Below are positions 39,858-52,961 of a stretch of DNA of 64,000 nt, in pieces. The stretch spans positions 30,008,001 to 30,072,000 of the forward strand of contig NC_043020.1 of assembly GCF_006345805.1 (NCBI RefSeq). Direction: 5' to 3'. The DNA is from Octopus sinensis. Taxonomy: Eukaryota. The notes beneath the pieces were generated by a model that was not told the DNA's origin, ran no database searches, and saw nothing but the letters and a program-made list of their open reading frames with translations. The number at the start of each line of letters is the position of its first letter. Within the stretch, counting starts at the first letter, position 1. The translations under genes were made by a program, and so were the position numbers.

Positions 39858-40232
39858 GGCGTGGAGTGGCTGTGTGGTAAGTAGCTTGCTTACCAACCAC
39901 ATGGTTCCGGGTTCAGTCCCACTGCGTGGCACCTTGGGCAAGTGTCTTCCCCTATAGCCTCGGACCGACCAAAGCCTTGTGAGTGAAAGAAGCCCGTCGT
40001 ATATATGTATATATATGTGTGTGTGTGTGTGTTTGTGTTTGTCCCTCCAACATCGCTTGACAACCGATGCTGGTGTGTTTACATCCCTGTAACTTAGTGG
40101 TTCAGCAAAGGGAACCGATAGAATAAGTACTAGGCTTACAAAGAATAATTCCTGGGGTCGATTTGCTCGACTAAAGGCGGTGCTCCAGCATGGCCACAGT
40201 CACATGACTGAAACAAGTAAAAGAGTAAAAGA
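39858..40232 (+). mobile_element. SINE family B, near full length (tRNA-like head plus CORE-like ccttgggcaagt)
   Basis: ggctgtgtggtaag...ggttccgggttcagtcccac...ccttgggcaagtgtc...ccagcatggccacagtc...gagtaaaagag tail. Confidence 0.9.
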
Positions 40233-41134
40233 GTATATATATATACACACACACACACGACGATCTTCCACAGTTTCCATCAACGAAATTCACTTCGGAA
40301 CCATTGGTCAGCTTGGGGCTTATCAGATGCCCCTTTGTCATAAATGTCTGTACAGGTTTAGAAGTATTTCTTTAGCTGAAAAATAGGAAATGGAAAACAA
40401 AACAATGGCTGCAACTTAATGAAAGACGGTTTTAAAGTTGGAGAAGCGAAGAAGTTCGATGCTGGTGGCTTGTTTATTCACTGGAGAAGAAAGTAGGTTT
40501 CTGCTTTAGCTGTTCACAATTTTCACGAAATGCCAATCAGTGTTCAATGGAACAAGAAAACGGATTCCATCTTTGAAAATTGCCAGAAATGTTTAGTATC
40601 CGACAATAGGCCAAAATCAGAAAAATCAATACTACTGCGTGTAACAGAACGAATTGGAATGAAAATCTTTTAGAAAATACAGGAATCGCTGAAATAGAGA
40701 GCTCCAAGCTGAAATTCTATGAGAAAAACAAAAAAATGGTGAGATCTTCTCCACGGAATTTTTCTTTGCAAAGCGCCTTTAGTAATTCAAAAGCTTTGTA
40801 TTATGAAGCCACAAGAAATTACAAAGAGAGAGAAAGAGAAAAGCGACTTCAGAAATTTGGGCGGAGAGTGGTTATTCAAAAACAAAATTGTTGACAAAAT
40901 TTGGTCTTGTCATGGAAGAACATCTCAGTAACGGGGAAAAGAACCCAGGAAGAATATCACAGCTGTCTCCCTGAGAACAGAATGAATATATTTCAGTTGG
41001 CGTTTCCTTTGTCCGCCACAAATTGCTACATGGAACCCATAAAGACAAATGTTGAGGCCCCATGTTTGATGTTACTTCAGATCAATGGTATCGATACCAA
41101 ATAGCAGAAAGAATTCGTAATTCTTCGATTCTTT

Positions 41135-41277
41135 TATTCGTTTCAGTCATTTGACTGCGGCCATGCTGGAACTTATTCTTTGTAAGCCTGGTACTTATTT
41201 TATCATACTCTTTTGCCGAACCGCTAAGTTTCGAGGACATAAACACACTAACATCGGTTGTCAAGCGATGGGAGAAC

Positions 41278-41313
<36 letters not shown>

Positions 41314-41480
41314 TACATATATGACGTGGTTCTTTCAGTTTCCGTCTACCAAATGCACTCAAAAGGCTTTGGTCGGCCCGAGGCTATAGTAGAAGACACT
41401 TACCCAAGGCTCTACGCAGTGGGACTGAACCCAGAACCATGTGGCTGGTAAGCAAGCTTTCTACCACACGGCCACGCCTG
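41135..41480 (-). mobile_element. SINE family B, near full length
   Basis: Reverse complement of 39858-40232. Confidence 0.9.
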
Positions 41481-41689
41481 CACCTATAACACGGCCGCGG
41501 TTGACAATTATTTAAAAACGAAAACAAATTCTACAAAGGTATTGATTCTTGGATAAAATAATGGAAGTAATCTTTTGGAAGAACTTGAAGACAATGAAAT
41601 TACGATAGAGAATTATAAGTTTGATAATAGGTTTTAGGAGTTTATTAATAAAGTTACTAGGTCTATGTTTTTCACAGGTTTTAAGGCGG

Positions 41690-41850
41690 GCGTAAATAGA
41701 TGTCTTAAAGCCAAGATATATAAAGCGACATCTACTGGAAACTTGGTTCAAACTCCACCACTAAAACAAACGACGAACAATTTTTCTTCACAAAACACGA
41801 CAGAACTTGTAAAAAACTTGTTCATAAACTTTAAAATCTTCATCGTTTCC
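41690..41850 (+). pseudogene. Possible Penelope-like GIY-YIG endonuclease remnant
   Basis: Translates RCLKAKIYKATST...NTTEL, resembling the PLE CL...IYKAT...STEL pattern. Confidence 0.35.
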
Positions 41851-42714
41851 TAATTGCTGATGTAATTTATTGCTTTGAAATTTATTGAACTTACGAATTT
41901 CTATCATGTATTACTGCCAGGAAATTTATCAAACATTTGAACTTTCATCATTTCCAGTTGCTGTGAAACTTTTGAATAATACGTTTTGCTCAAAACTAAT
42001 AACTGTTTAATTATGTATTTTGTTGGCGAATATGTTCGTTTGTTTACATGTTGTTTAGGTGTGTTTTTAAAACATTTTTAATATTCCTGATATTGCTTAT
42101 TGAATTTATGTGCTAAACTAATTAATGTCGTAAACTTGTTTTTTTTTTTTTTAAATAATTCTGTAAACGTTTATACAAGAGTCTGGCAGTGTCTCGTTTC
42201 GTTATTGGAATCAATATTTATGCTTGAGTGATATTTACTAACGAAGAGTTTGAATTTTATTGTCGGTAAAGTTTTAAGGGTGTTGGCCAAGTCTGTCTCT
42301 TTTTCACTGGAAAAAGGCACACGCTTATATAAGAGCCAGCGAGTGTTAGTCTTTGATAATAGGGTTCATGGTGAGCAATCCTCGTATACAAAGAAGCATT
42401 GACTTCATACATTCGTAAAGCCACTCACATACATACAACCACTGGCGAGGATCGCGGACTGGCCAGGATGCAAGCTTGCCCGATGGCAAGTGAGCCCCTG
42501 TGCCATCAGAATCTATATATGGTGGTGGTGGGGGTCCCGTGCTAGTATCTAAGGCTCCATCCCCTCAAGTTTGAGAATTTTTTAATTCACGCCTGGAAGA
42601 ATGCATTATTTCAGACTTTCAGCCTGGTTGTGTTTGTAGACAGCTGAAAAGAATACTTTTAACCCCCCCCCCCATACTGTTAGACCCAATCCGCTACTGT
42701 ATATATATATATAT

Positions 42715-42750
<36 letters not shown>

Positions 42751-42765
42751 CATAATATATATACG

Positions 42766-42797
<32 letters not shown>

Positions 42798-42828
42798 TGT
42801 ATGTATATATGTGTATATATATACACAC

Positions 42829-42890
<62 letters not shown>

Positions 42891-43774
42891 GTATCACCTG
42901 GGATATGTATGTTATTCGAAAACTTTAAAGTATAATTGCTGTGAATTTATTAAATGTGATGTTTCCATGGTTTACAAGAAATACCTTCAATTATTGAGTA
43001 ATAGAAAGGAAGAGAGAAAGAGGGAAAGAGAGAGAGAGAAAGAGAGAGAAAAGAAGGTTTGGTTAGTTGGTACCTGATGATAATAACTGAGAATTGCAGG
43101 TGCTCTTAACTAAAGTGGTTGCATCAGCATCATCAGCGACATCATCGTCGTGGTCAATACCATCATCACTGCAATCGTCGTTGTCACCACCACCACCACC
43201 ACAACAACAACAACAACAGCCATCACCATCATCGTGGTCGTCGTCGTCGTCGACTTCATCATCATCATCATCAACCTTTCGTTTCTATTCCCAAAGTCCT
43301 TCTTTCCGTCTCTCCCCTCTTCCTCCTCTCTTCCCCCCTCTCTCTCTTCCCCTCTCTCGCTTTCCCTCATTTCTTTCCCTTCTTCCTCTTCCACGTCCCA
43401 CCCACTCCTTTGACCTCCACCCATTCCCCTTCTTTCTATTTTCTCCCTTCCACAACACCGTCAGCGCGACTTCAGCGGGTGGAATGGTACAGCGAAGAAA
43501 ACAGAACGTTCCGTAGACGACACCAGTTCTTTGGCAAGAACCTCCAAAAAATCAATAGGAAGAAGAAGAAAGACGACGACGACGAAAGAAAGAAAAAGAA
43601 AAAAACCACACACACACACACACACGAACTGTATATTCTTTAATAAACAAACATATACACAGGTACATTTGTAATTGTGTTTATATATATAAAGAAATAA
43701 AAAGATATATATATATATAAACAATAAATAGATAGACTGACTGACAGATAGATAAATAGATAGATAGATGTATA

Positions 43775-43930
43775 TACGACGGGCTTCTTTCAGTTTCCGT
43801 CTACCAAATCCACTCACAAAGCTTTGGTCGGCCCGAGGCTATAGCGGAAGACACTTGCCCGAGGTGCCATGCGGTGGGACTGAACTCGGAACCCTGTAGT
43901 TGGGAAGCAAGCTTTGTACCACACAGCCAC
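43775..43930 (-). mobile_element. SINE family B, 5' half
   Basis: cgacgggcttctttcagtttccgtctaccaaatccactcac...cacttgcccgaggtgccatgcggtgggactgaac. Confidence 0.9.
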
Positions 43931-44034
43931 ATACGATATATATATTAAATATATATTATATTTATTTATTTTATAATATATATATATATATAATATATAT
44001 AATATATAATATATATAATATATATAATATATAT

Positions 44035-44068
<34 letters not shown>

Positions 44069-44101
44069 ATATATATATATATATATAACTCTATCTATCC
44101 A

Positions 44102-44213
<112 letters not shown>

Positions 44214-44451
44214 ATAAATAAATGTATGTGTGTGTTTGTGTGTGTGTGTGTGTGTGTGTAATTCAAACGAGTAAATTTTGTCGAACATTTCTAGCAAGCC
44301 GGGTGACAGCGTACAGGCGTTTTTTTTTTTTAATATGATGAGGGTGAGATTTGAGAAAGATCTGGCTGTCATTTCTAGCCAGTTGAATGACCATGAAGTG
44401 GCTTCTATGTCGACTCAACGTGGGAGATAGTACACATTCTGTCACAGCATT

Positions 44452-45310
44452 GCATCGTGGTGTACCAGCAGTAATGTATCGTAATGTATCGTAATGTATC
44501 GTAGTGTATCGTAGTGTATCGCTGTGTATCAGCTGTGATGGGTGTAACGATTCATGGTGTATCGCAGTGTATCAGCTGCGATACATGGTTCTGCACCGCG
44601 ATGTTATCAGCTGTTCTGTATCAATTGTGTCGTGGAATATAATAGTGTATCAACTGTGATGTATCTTGCTATGTCTCGGCGTATCAGCTGTGATTTATCC
44701 TGGCATAATTGTGGTGTATTGTGTTGCGTCAGCTCTTATGTATCCTGGTGTGGTGTATCGTTACACCCCACAGTCTATCAACGAAAATGTTTCTCGGAGT
44801 ATTGCAATGTATCGTTGTGTGTCACGGTGTATCAGCTGTGATGTGGCGTGGTGTATCACAGTGTACCAGCATTGTTGTATCAGAGTGTATCACAGTGTAC
44901 CAGCATTGTTCTATCATGGAGTATCACAGTGCACCAGCTTTGTTGTATCATAGAGTATTTCGCTGTAACAGCATTGTTGTATCATAGAGTATTTCGCTGT
45001 AACAGCATTGTTGTATCAGGGTGTATCACGGTATACCGGTAGTGTTGTCTCATGTACCTGCTCTAATGTAAAATCATGTATCACATATCATTTGTATTAT
45101 GGTGTATTAGCAGTGCTGTATCACGGTGTATCACGGTGTATCACGGTGTATCACGGTATTTCAACTGTCATGTATCATGATCTACGTTGATATATACACA
45201 ATAATGTATAATAGTGTATCAAAGTGTATCATGCGTGATGTGTCAACCTGCATCGCGGTTTATCACTGTGCATCAAGGTGTATTGTGATATTTCATAGTG
45301 TGTCATGTGC
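44452..45310. repeat. Degenerate ~10-bp minisatellite (GTGTATCACG-like)
   Basis: Many gtgtatc cores; pure tcacggtgta repeats near 45121-45155. Confidence 0.8.
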
Positions 45311-45620
45311 TGTGCCGAAGTGTATTACCTACCGTGATATTATGGTTCCTTTGAATTTATGGTTTCTTTGAAGAAGTATACTAATTTGGGCCATGAACTC
45401 CCTATTTAAATATGGCAAGCTTCAAACACTAGTTACAAGCAAAAAAAAAAATGCGACGTAAGCCACGTCTTTCTATTTCAAATTTTTGAAAATCAGTGTA
45501 AACCGTGAAAGTGGTAAAAGCTTTATATATAATAATAATAATAAATACTTTATTCGCAATGCATTTTCAACTTCTACTCTTCCCATCTCTCTCTTTCTCT
45601 CTCTCTCTATATATATATAT

Positions 45621-45653
<33 letters not shown>

Positions 45654-45684
45654 ACACACACACACACATATATATATATATTAA

Positions 45685-45897
45685 GGCGGCGAGCTGGCAG
45701 AAACGTTAGCACGCCGGGTGAAATGCATAGCCGCATTTCGGCTACCGTTACGTTCTGAGTTCAAATTCCGCCGAGGTCGACTTGGCCTTTCATCCTTTCG
45801 GGGTCGATAAATTAAGTACCAGTTACGCACTGGGGTCGATGTAATCGACTTAATCCATTTGTCTGTCCTTATTTGTCCCCTCTGTAGTAAAGAAATA
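45685..45897 (+). mobile_element. SINE family A, reference copy
   Basis: ggcggcgagctggcagaaacgttag...gttctgagttcaaattccgccgaggtcgac...ggggtcgatgtaatcgac...agtaaagaaata. Confidence 0.92.
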
Positions 45898-46390
45898 TAT
45901 ATATATATATATATAGGTATAAAAATTATATATAAAGAAACAAGAACGTGAAATACACAAAGGGACGAACACAGAAAACAGACGGGTCAATCGAAGCCTT
46001 TAATCTTCAGTCAGAAACCGGATCATCATAGCAAATTTCGGTTGATTAATTCTGATATTTGCTCCAACGCGGCCAGCCCCAAGGAAAAACTAAGCTGTGA
46101 GCATTAGATTTCTTGGAAAAAGGAACGAATGTAAACGCAACAAGGACAGAAAAACGGACGAAGCCACACGAATATAAATACAAAAAACGAAAACAAAAAT
46201 AAAAATAAAAACAGGAATGGTAATAACAGGATAACAGCAGGTGTCTTACGACTTTAGACAAATTGAGACAAATATAACTTATCTAGCAGGCGTGTTTGGA
46301 AAAAATTGCCTTTTCGGCAGACGGGGAACGATGTTGAACGGGCTGCGGTCACCAACGAAATGGCTTGTTATTCAGCAGGTCACATGAGGG

Positions 46391-46422
<32 letters not shown>

Positions 46423-46442
46423 TAAAGACAAGCATATTAAAA

Positions 46443-46489
46443 GGGGTCCGTGGGAAATCTCATTTAAATAAAAGGGTTGGGAACCACTG
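46443..46489 (+). mobile_element. Possible hAT/Charlie-type terminal fragment
   Basis: ggggtccgtgg...aaaagggttgggaaccactg resembles hAT 3' termini; no partner end found. Confidence 0.35.
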
Positions 46490-47423
46490 TTGGGAACCCC
46501 TGGGTTAGGATAAGATAGTTATAAATGATTGTTGTACTGGAACCTGTTTCAGGTTTTCTGAAGCAAGCAATTCTGAATCGTTGTTCGATTTAGAAAGAAC
46601 AAGAATTTTGTTTTACGTAATTGAAAAATTTGCATCGACTTGAAATTTGATTTGATCACATGACAACGATGGCAGGAATTGCCACAGACACTTAGAATTT
46701 CAACCACGCGAGGCTGCCACAACTGTAACGATTTCTATTTCTATGCAACAATAATAACTTCTAAAGAATGAAAAACAACACGAATCGTAGGATCATCTTT
46801 TGTCGTTGGATGATGGAAATTCCATTAATGTAAAGGAATGTACGAAAAATATGTGGGAAACGAGTTCGAATCCTTGCAAGGGCGCTACTTGCAAAGTCGT
46901 AGTCACAGACTTGAAAGATTTAACAAAATTTTCTGCTTAACCAGTGGATTGCATATGCCGTGACAGAATGAACGTTTTATTGCATCCAATGTCATTTAAC
47001 CAATTAGAAACACTAGAAATAATAACATGAATTCCATTATCAATTACTAAAACCCATGAGAAAGCCTGCCTGGCTCAACGTCTATCGTGGATGCATTTAT
47101 GGTGAGATTAGTTGTCAGCGGAATCGTAAAATTTACTTCTGGACATTTGGAGAATGAATCATCCGTGATTAATACGTAATGTTTGCCAAGAAAAGGACTG
47201 CAATAGTTTGCAAGAACAGATTGCCAAATATCAAATTATAATGAATTAGGAATTCATTTGAAAGTAAGGTTGTCGATTTCGTGAGATTATTGAACACAGT
47301 TTTTTTCATTGAATTAATGTATTTGATGGCATAAAAGACGCACGAACATATCAGATGCACTCCAGGTGCAGCAGCGCATAGTCTCAGTGCATTAATGCAT
47401 GTAACGCTTATAGCAATCTAATG

Positions 47424-47640
47424 TGGCGTGCCGGCAGAATCGTTAGCACTCCGGACAAAATGCTTAGTGTCATTTCGTCCGTCTTTACATTCTATGATCA
47501 AATTCCGCCGAGGTCGATTTTGCCCTTCACCCTTCCAGGGTCAATAAAACAAGTGCCAGCTGAGCGCTGGGGTTGATGTAATCGACTTACTCCCTCCCAA
47601 GAAATTGCTGGCCCTGTGCTCCAAAGTCCAAAACCAATAT
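47424..47640 (+). mobile_element. SINE family A
   Basis: ggcagaatcgttagcactccggacaaaatgc...aaattccgccgaggtcga...ggttgatgtaatcgac. Confidence 0.85.
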
Positions 47641-48403
47641 TTAAAGCAATCTCGCGATACGCCAATCATAGAAGAAAACATCACTGCATCGAAAAAGTAA
47701 GTTTTGACGATTCCTTTTATAATACAACAACAACAACAATAACAACAATAATGATAATGTTTAAGTAAATATTTTCATTATAGAGTCAGGCTTTGTAGAA
47801 GAGTCTGCCTGGATTAAAATCAGCATACCGTAACGAATGTCAGAGGCAAAATTCGCAGATGGGAGGCCCAAATTCGCATATAGTACCCGGTGCGATTTTT
47901 TGCGACAGTTTTGTGGGAAAATACGGTAAGTTAGATCAGCATCGATCTCGGTTGCCAAACAGACGAGAAAGCTAAAGTCTCTGCACAGTTTTCGTAATGT
48001 GAATTGGAACAATAGTGCAATCATTGTAATACAGAACGCTGTTTGAAGTAACGGAAAATCTCCACGCATCGAGAAAAGGTGAAAGGAAATTTTCATTTCA
48101 GTCGCTAACTAAATACCAAAGGCATTTTCTTCTGTGATCTAACGATTCTGTCAATGTTATCGACTGCAGGGTTTCATTGGCACGGGTACGTGTTTTATTG
48201 ATCCTTGAAGAATGAAAGCAAAATGAGAAAATAAAACATGTAGGAGGAAGAAGATAAAAGACGAGGATGAAAGCCTTGAAATGAAAGGATGCCACAACGG
48301 AAGGAACGAGAATCGCTGGCGTAGAAGAACAGAATGTCGAACAACAGGTTACGCGTTACATATCGTTGCAACAAATTAATCGACATTATATAGAAGGTGC
48401 GTT

Positions 48404-48470
<67 letters not shown>

Positions 48471-48929
48471 AAAAAGGTGAGAATATAGGACATTTGATAA
48501 GCGAACATAGCTGAAAGAATGTAAGAACAGACATAATGGTATTGCATGGATTGTGTATTGACTAAAAGAAACGTAATTCAGGTTGGAACGTAAATCCTGT
48601 CGCATTAATCACTTTGAGGATAAACTTTTGCAATACAGTAAAATAACCATTAATATTTAGAACCCGAATTTTTCCCTTTTTTCTTTTCTTTCTTTTCATA
48701 TGACCCTTAGTGTGGGTGGGTTTCCCATAAGATTTTGTGGTTAAAATTTATGTCCAATAAACTGGTTACGCTTCTACAGAAACTATTTTAATCAATTTTT
48801 ATATGACTCCTAATAATATTTAATTATTAAACTATATTAGGATGTTTTTAAACAGGGAATGGTTGTGAGAGCCCATCAGAGTGAAACAGGAATCAAAGTG
48901 GTGGGGTCCATAAGCAATGGTTGCGGTTA

Positions 48930-49887
48930 AATTCGTATCAATTTTCTCTTTTTAAAATGGGTTTAGATCAGACCCTTCTGCAACAATAGAAGCAGCCAAA
49001 AAAGTCTTCGTTCTGTCTTTGGACACACCAACAATACTTTGGCCAGTTTCGTACGGAAAATTTTCTCTCTAGATTTCCCCAGCAATATTAAACTCTTGGA
49101 AATCTTTGTTGACGGAAAGCCAATGCAAACTGCTTGAAAATTAGCTGAACAGTTCGAATCTCACTTCGATCATTAAAACAACTTCATGAACTAAGAAAAG
49201 TATCTGAACCTCGTCATTGAGTTTCTCATCGTCTAACTGCTTCTTAGTTTCATCAAAGATTTGCCGTGCGTTCGTCATAGAAAAGAAGACTTGCCACCGA
49301 ACGTTTCTTGAGTAAAATCATCCATAAATGATGAACAGTGGATTCTCTATGATCGTGTTCAACGAAAAGAAGAATGGTTAGCATTTAATGAAAAAGGAGA
49401 ATTTATTCAGGAATACACTTGAAAAAAGTTATGCTCTGTGTTTGATGGCAAATGTCGTCTGTCATGAAGTGGTAAACCAAAGCGAAACAATTAATGCAGA
49501 GAAATATTGTCGTCAGTTGAAAGCATTGCTATAAAATTTGCAGAAAAAGAGCCCTTCATTAGCCAATGGCAAAGGATTGTTGCTCTTAAACGATAATGCA
49601 AAACCACATGTATTCTCCAAGTCACTAAATATGGACGTTTTGTCTCATTCTCTTTACTCTCTTAACCTTGCTCCTTCTGATTATCAATTTTGAAGATCAT
49701 AACAGCATTATTCAGAGGGAAAGTAGTTTATTAATTATGAAGAGGTTAAAAATGATATTGAGAGTTTCATTGCTTTAAAACGTGAAACATTTTACGTCCG
49801 AAAGATCAATAATTGGCCGAATAGATTGGGATAAATCAATTAAGACTAAATAAGCGTCTGTTTCTTGAAATGCGACAGGACTTTCTT
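48930..49887 (+). mobile_element. Mariner-family transposase fossil
   Basis: Motifs FRTENFSL, DEQWILYD, KKVMLCV, ETINAEKYCRQL, DNAKPH, LAPSDYQF; mariner-like end ttctttccaacctaat. Confidence 0.88.
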
Positions 49888-50164
49888 TCCAACCTAATGA
49901 ATGGTGCGAATATCATCGATTTTGTGGAAGAGGGGGCGATTATCTCTAAATAAAATAATCCCTTTTGTTATTCATGTGTATGTCATCTTTAAGAGATTAA
50001 TTTAATCCGTAAATATTTTATTGTCCAACAGCAATCAATGTGAAGCGTTATATAACCATTCTTCTCTCACTACTTCGATGTGTACAGTGAACTCCATGCT
50101 TCACTGAAAAGGTGATGTAATAAGGTCGAAACATGACCGCAGTTGCCTTTCATACTTCTCTATT

Positions 50165-50409
50165 TTACATTATTTACATTCGACGGATATTTGTCCTCAT
50201 CTTGTTTGTTGTTAACAGAACATTTCGGCTGATATACTCTCCAGCCGTCATCAGGTGTCTTGGGGGAAATTTTGAACCTGGGTTCTCATTCCTAAAGTTC
50301 GAAATTTCTCCAAGACACCTGATGAAGGCTGGAGAGTATATCAGCCGAAACGTTGTGTTAACAACAAACAAAATGAGGACAAATATCCGTCAAATGTAAA
50401 TAATGTAAA
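50165..50409. repeat. Hairpin with 113-bp arms and 19-nt loop (Penelope-type inverted terminus)
   Basis: Arms 50165-50277 and 50297-50409 are reverse complements; this explains the two mirror ORFs. Confidence 0.92.
50314..50359 (+). ncRNA. Minimal type I hammerhead motif
   Basis: Stem I GACAC/GTGTT, CTGATGA 50319-50325, extra A, 6-bp stem II GGCTGG/TCAGCC, GAAAC, ACGT palindrome, GUU triplet. Confidence 0.65.
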
Positions 50410-50689
50410 TAATGTACATAAGTCCTCCTCCTCATCTCTTAAATATAGAACTGTATTCTCTCTTTAATCCAAACTATATTATTCGGTGAATAATATTGGT
50501 TTCCTGTTTCATCACATTAACTCTACTTGTATTCAATATGTTGACATTATCTGTCTGTCTGCCTGTCTAACTAATTAACCAATTAACGCAACTAGTTATC
50601 TCCTGGCTTTCTCTCTGTGTCTGCTTCATTATTTTTCATTACTTTCAGAATATTCTCTGCTATAAATTTGTCACTACAGACTTACCCCT

Positions 50690-50758
50690 TTCTGTCTGTC
50701 TGTCTGTCTGTCTGTCTTTCTCTCTGTCTCTGTCTCTCTCTCTCTGTCTCTGTCTCTC

Positions 50759-50823
<65 letters not shown>

Positions 50824-50859
50824 GTCTCTCTGTCTGTCTATCTATCTATCTATCTCCCG

Positions 50860-50951
<92 letters not shown>

Positions 50952-50985
50952 GTCTGTCTGTCTCTATTTATTTGTCTGTCTGTAA
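50690..50985. repeat. (TCTG)/(TC)/(TCTA)n microsatellite
   Basis: Direct inspection. Confidence 0.95.
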
Positions 50986-51829
50986 ATATGTATGTATATA
51001 TGTACATATACATATGTACATGTATATATGTGTGTGCGAGTGTATGTATGTATGTATGTATGTATGCATGCATGTATATATGTGTGCTTGCATGCATGCA
51101 AGTATGTAATTTAAATACGTTTATCTGTCTCGCCTCATAATTCTAATTATGCGTCTTAAAAGCTCTCTATATTAAATATGTTTACATTAATATGTTAATA
51201 TCAACTCATTTACTTGTTTGTATATTATCATCTATTCACCTGTCTCACCTCTCGAATATTTCTAGTTAGTGTTTTAATGCTCCTTTATATTATATCTATT
51301 AAACATTATCTCACCTGCCTCTCTGTCTGTCTACCTGTGCATCTGTCTTTCTCTCCACATAAATATTTCTAGTTTAGCTTACTCGAAATCGCACGATGTT
51401 GTATATATTAATACTAACTTAACTGGTGTGATACTAGGTTGCATAATAGTTATTGTGTTTAACCAGAAGAAAACAGAGTAAAAAAATCAATACTGATATT
51501 GTAATATCCTGGCAGACTAGAATTGGAATTAAAAAACGGAATAAATTAGGAATTGGTGGAGACCATAAGTGTGAATTTACATCATGTAGTTGAAATATTT
51601 AGAATGGCTTCTAAGAGAAGAGATTGGTCTGTGATGGGAATTAAAAGTGATGTAGAATATCCCATCCCTAAAAAAATAGCTTTCTGGTGTATTTAGAAGA
51701 GTAAGAATGGAATATTGGACAACTGAGACCCAGGTAGCATTTGCATTGTTTGTGATATTGATTGAAATCTAAGACTTCCTAGAATTCGCTTCTGAGTACA
51801 AGATTCTCTCATCTAAAACACTCGAAGAG

Positions 51830-51830
51830 A

Positions 51831-51897
<67 letters not shown>

Positions 51898-51899
51898 TA

Positions 51900-51938
<39 letters not shown>

Positions 51939-51946
51939 TGATGATG

Positions 51947-52014
<68 letters not shown>

Positions 52015-52045
52015 CGATGATGATGATGATGATGATGATGATGAT
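51830..52045. repeat. (AAT)n/(GAT)n microsatellite
   Basis: Direct inspection. Confidence 0.95.
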
Positions 52046-52297
52046 AGAGCATTATCGCTGTGAAAACAACGTACATTCATGAATTTATTTATTTATTAAT
52101 TTTTTAAATACATATTTTACCTGTGAATTTGCGTGTGCCATCTGGGAGTGCATACAATGGTCTTCTCTGTCCTAGGTGTACGGAAAACACTCGGCGAGAA
52201 ACGGAAGAAAATTTAAAGAAAGAAGGGAAAAAAAAAATAATAATAACAAAAAATATAACCCCAGTGTCACTTTGATGGCATGCACTGCTCTCTCAAT

Positions 52298-52339
<42 letters not shown>

Positions 52340-52349
52340 TAATAATAAC

Positions 52350-52390
<41 letters not shown>

Positions 52391-52392
<2 letters not shown>

Positions 52393-52960
52393 GATGCAGT
52401 ACCAGGCAGTGGCTCTCATGGCTTCTGATCTTAACTGATTGGAAGTGTTATCATGTACATTGTTCTGTCTTGGTATAAAAGATGGGCTACAGCAAATATT
52501 CTGCTCAATACCACAGATTTGCTTGTCAGTTGTTTGACCTTAACCAGTTGAGCATGTCCCTTAGTGGCTGACGATATGTGCATCTCTGATCACGAGCAGA
52601 AGTAGTGGGGGAGCATCATAGCCATGTGTTGAGAGGGATTCTTTGGGGTTTGAATAATTCACCCCTGGAAACATGGGTGGTTCTTTCAACATCCTTAAAC
52701 AACCCTTATTCAGGGACCTTTTGAGCGGGATGGGCTACTCAACCTGAAGAAAATTCTAACTGGGCCCCACCTGCAAGGTCATGTGCTGTTTATCTTGATA
52801 TGAGATCACCATGTCGCGCACATATGGTTGTGATGCATGTGCCTGGTGTACCTTTATCAGACGGGTAGTCATGATGGGTATATTGGGCTTCGTATATTTT
52901 ACCCCAGTGTCACTTTGATGGCATGCACTGCTCTCTCACTCAATAATAATAATAATAATA
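52391..52960 (+). mobile_element. Non-coding retroposed element ending in (AAT)n, probably a LINE 3' UTR or related SINE
   Basis: Flanked by AAT tracts; its terminal 38 bp (52901-52938) recur identically at 52258-52295, also followed by (AAT)n. Confidence 0.65.
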
Positions 52961-52961
52961 A

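Noticed and set aside
39858-39945. tRNA genes at SINE heads
   Set aside because: Only A/B-box-like motifs are present; there is no complete cloverleaf and they continue into SINE bodies
47761-48096. 111-aa minus ORF and an overlapping plus-strand candidate exon ending at GTAAGT (~47927)
   Set aside because: No recognisable homology; weak acceptor
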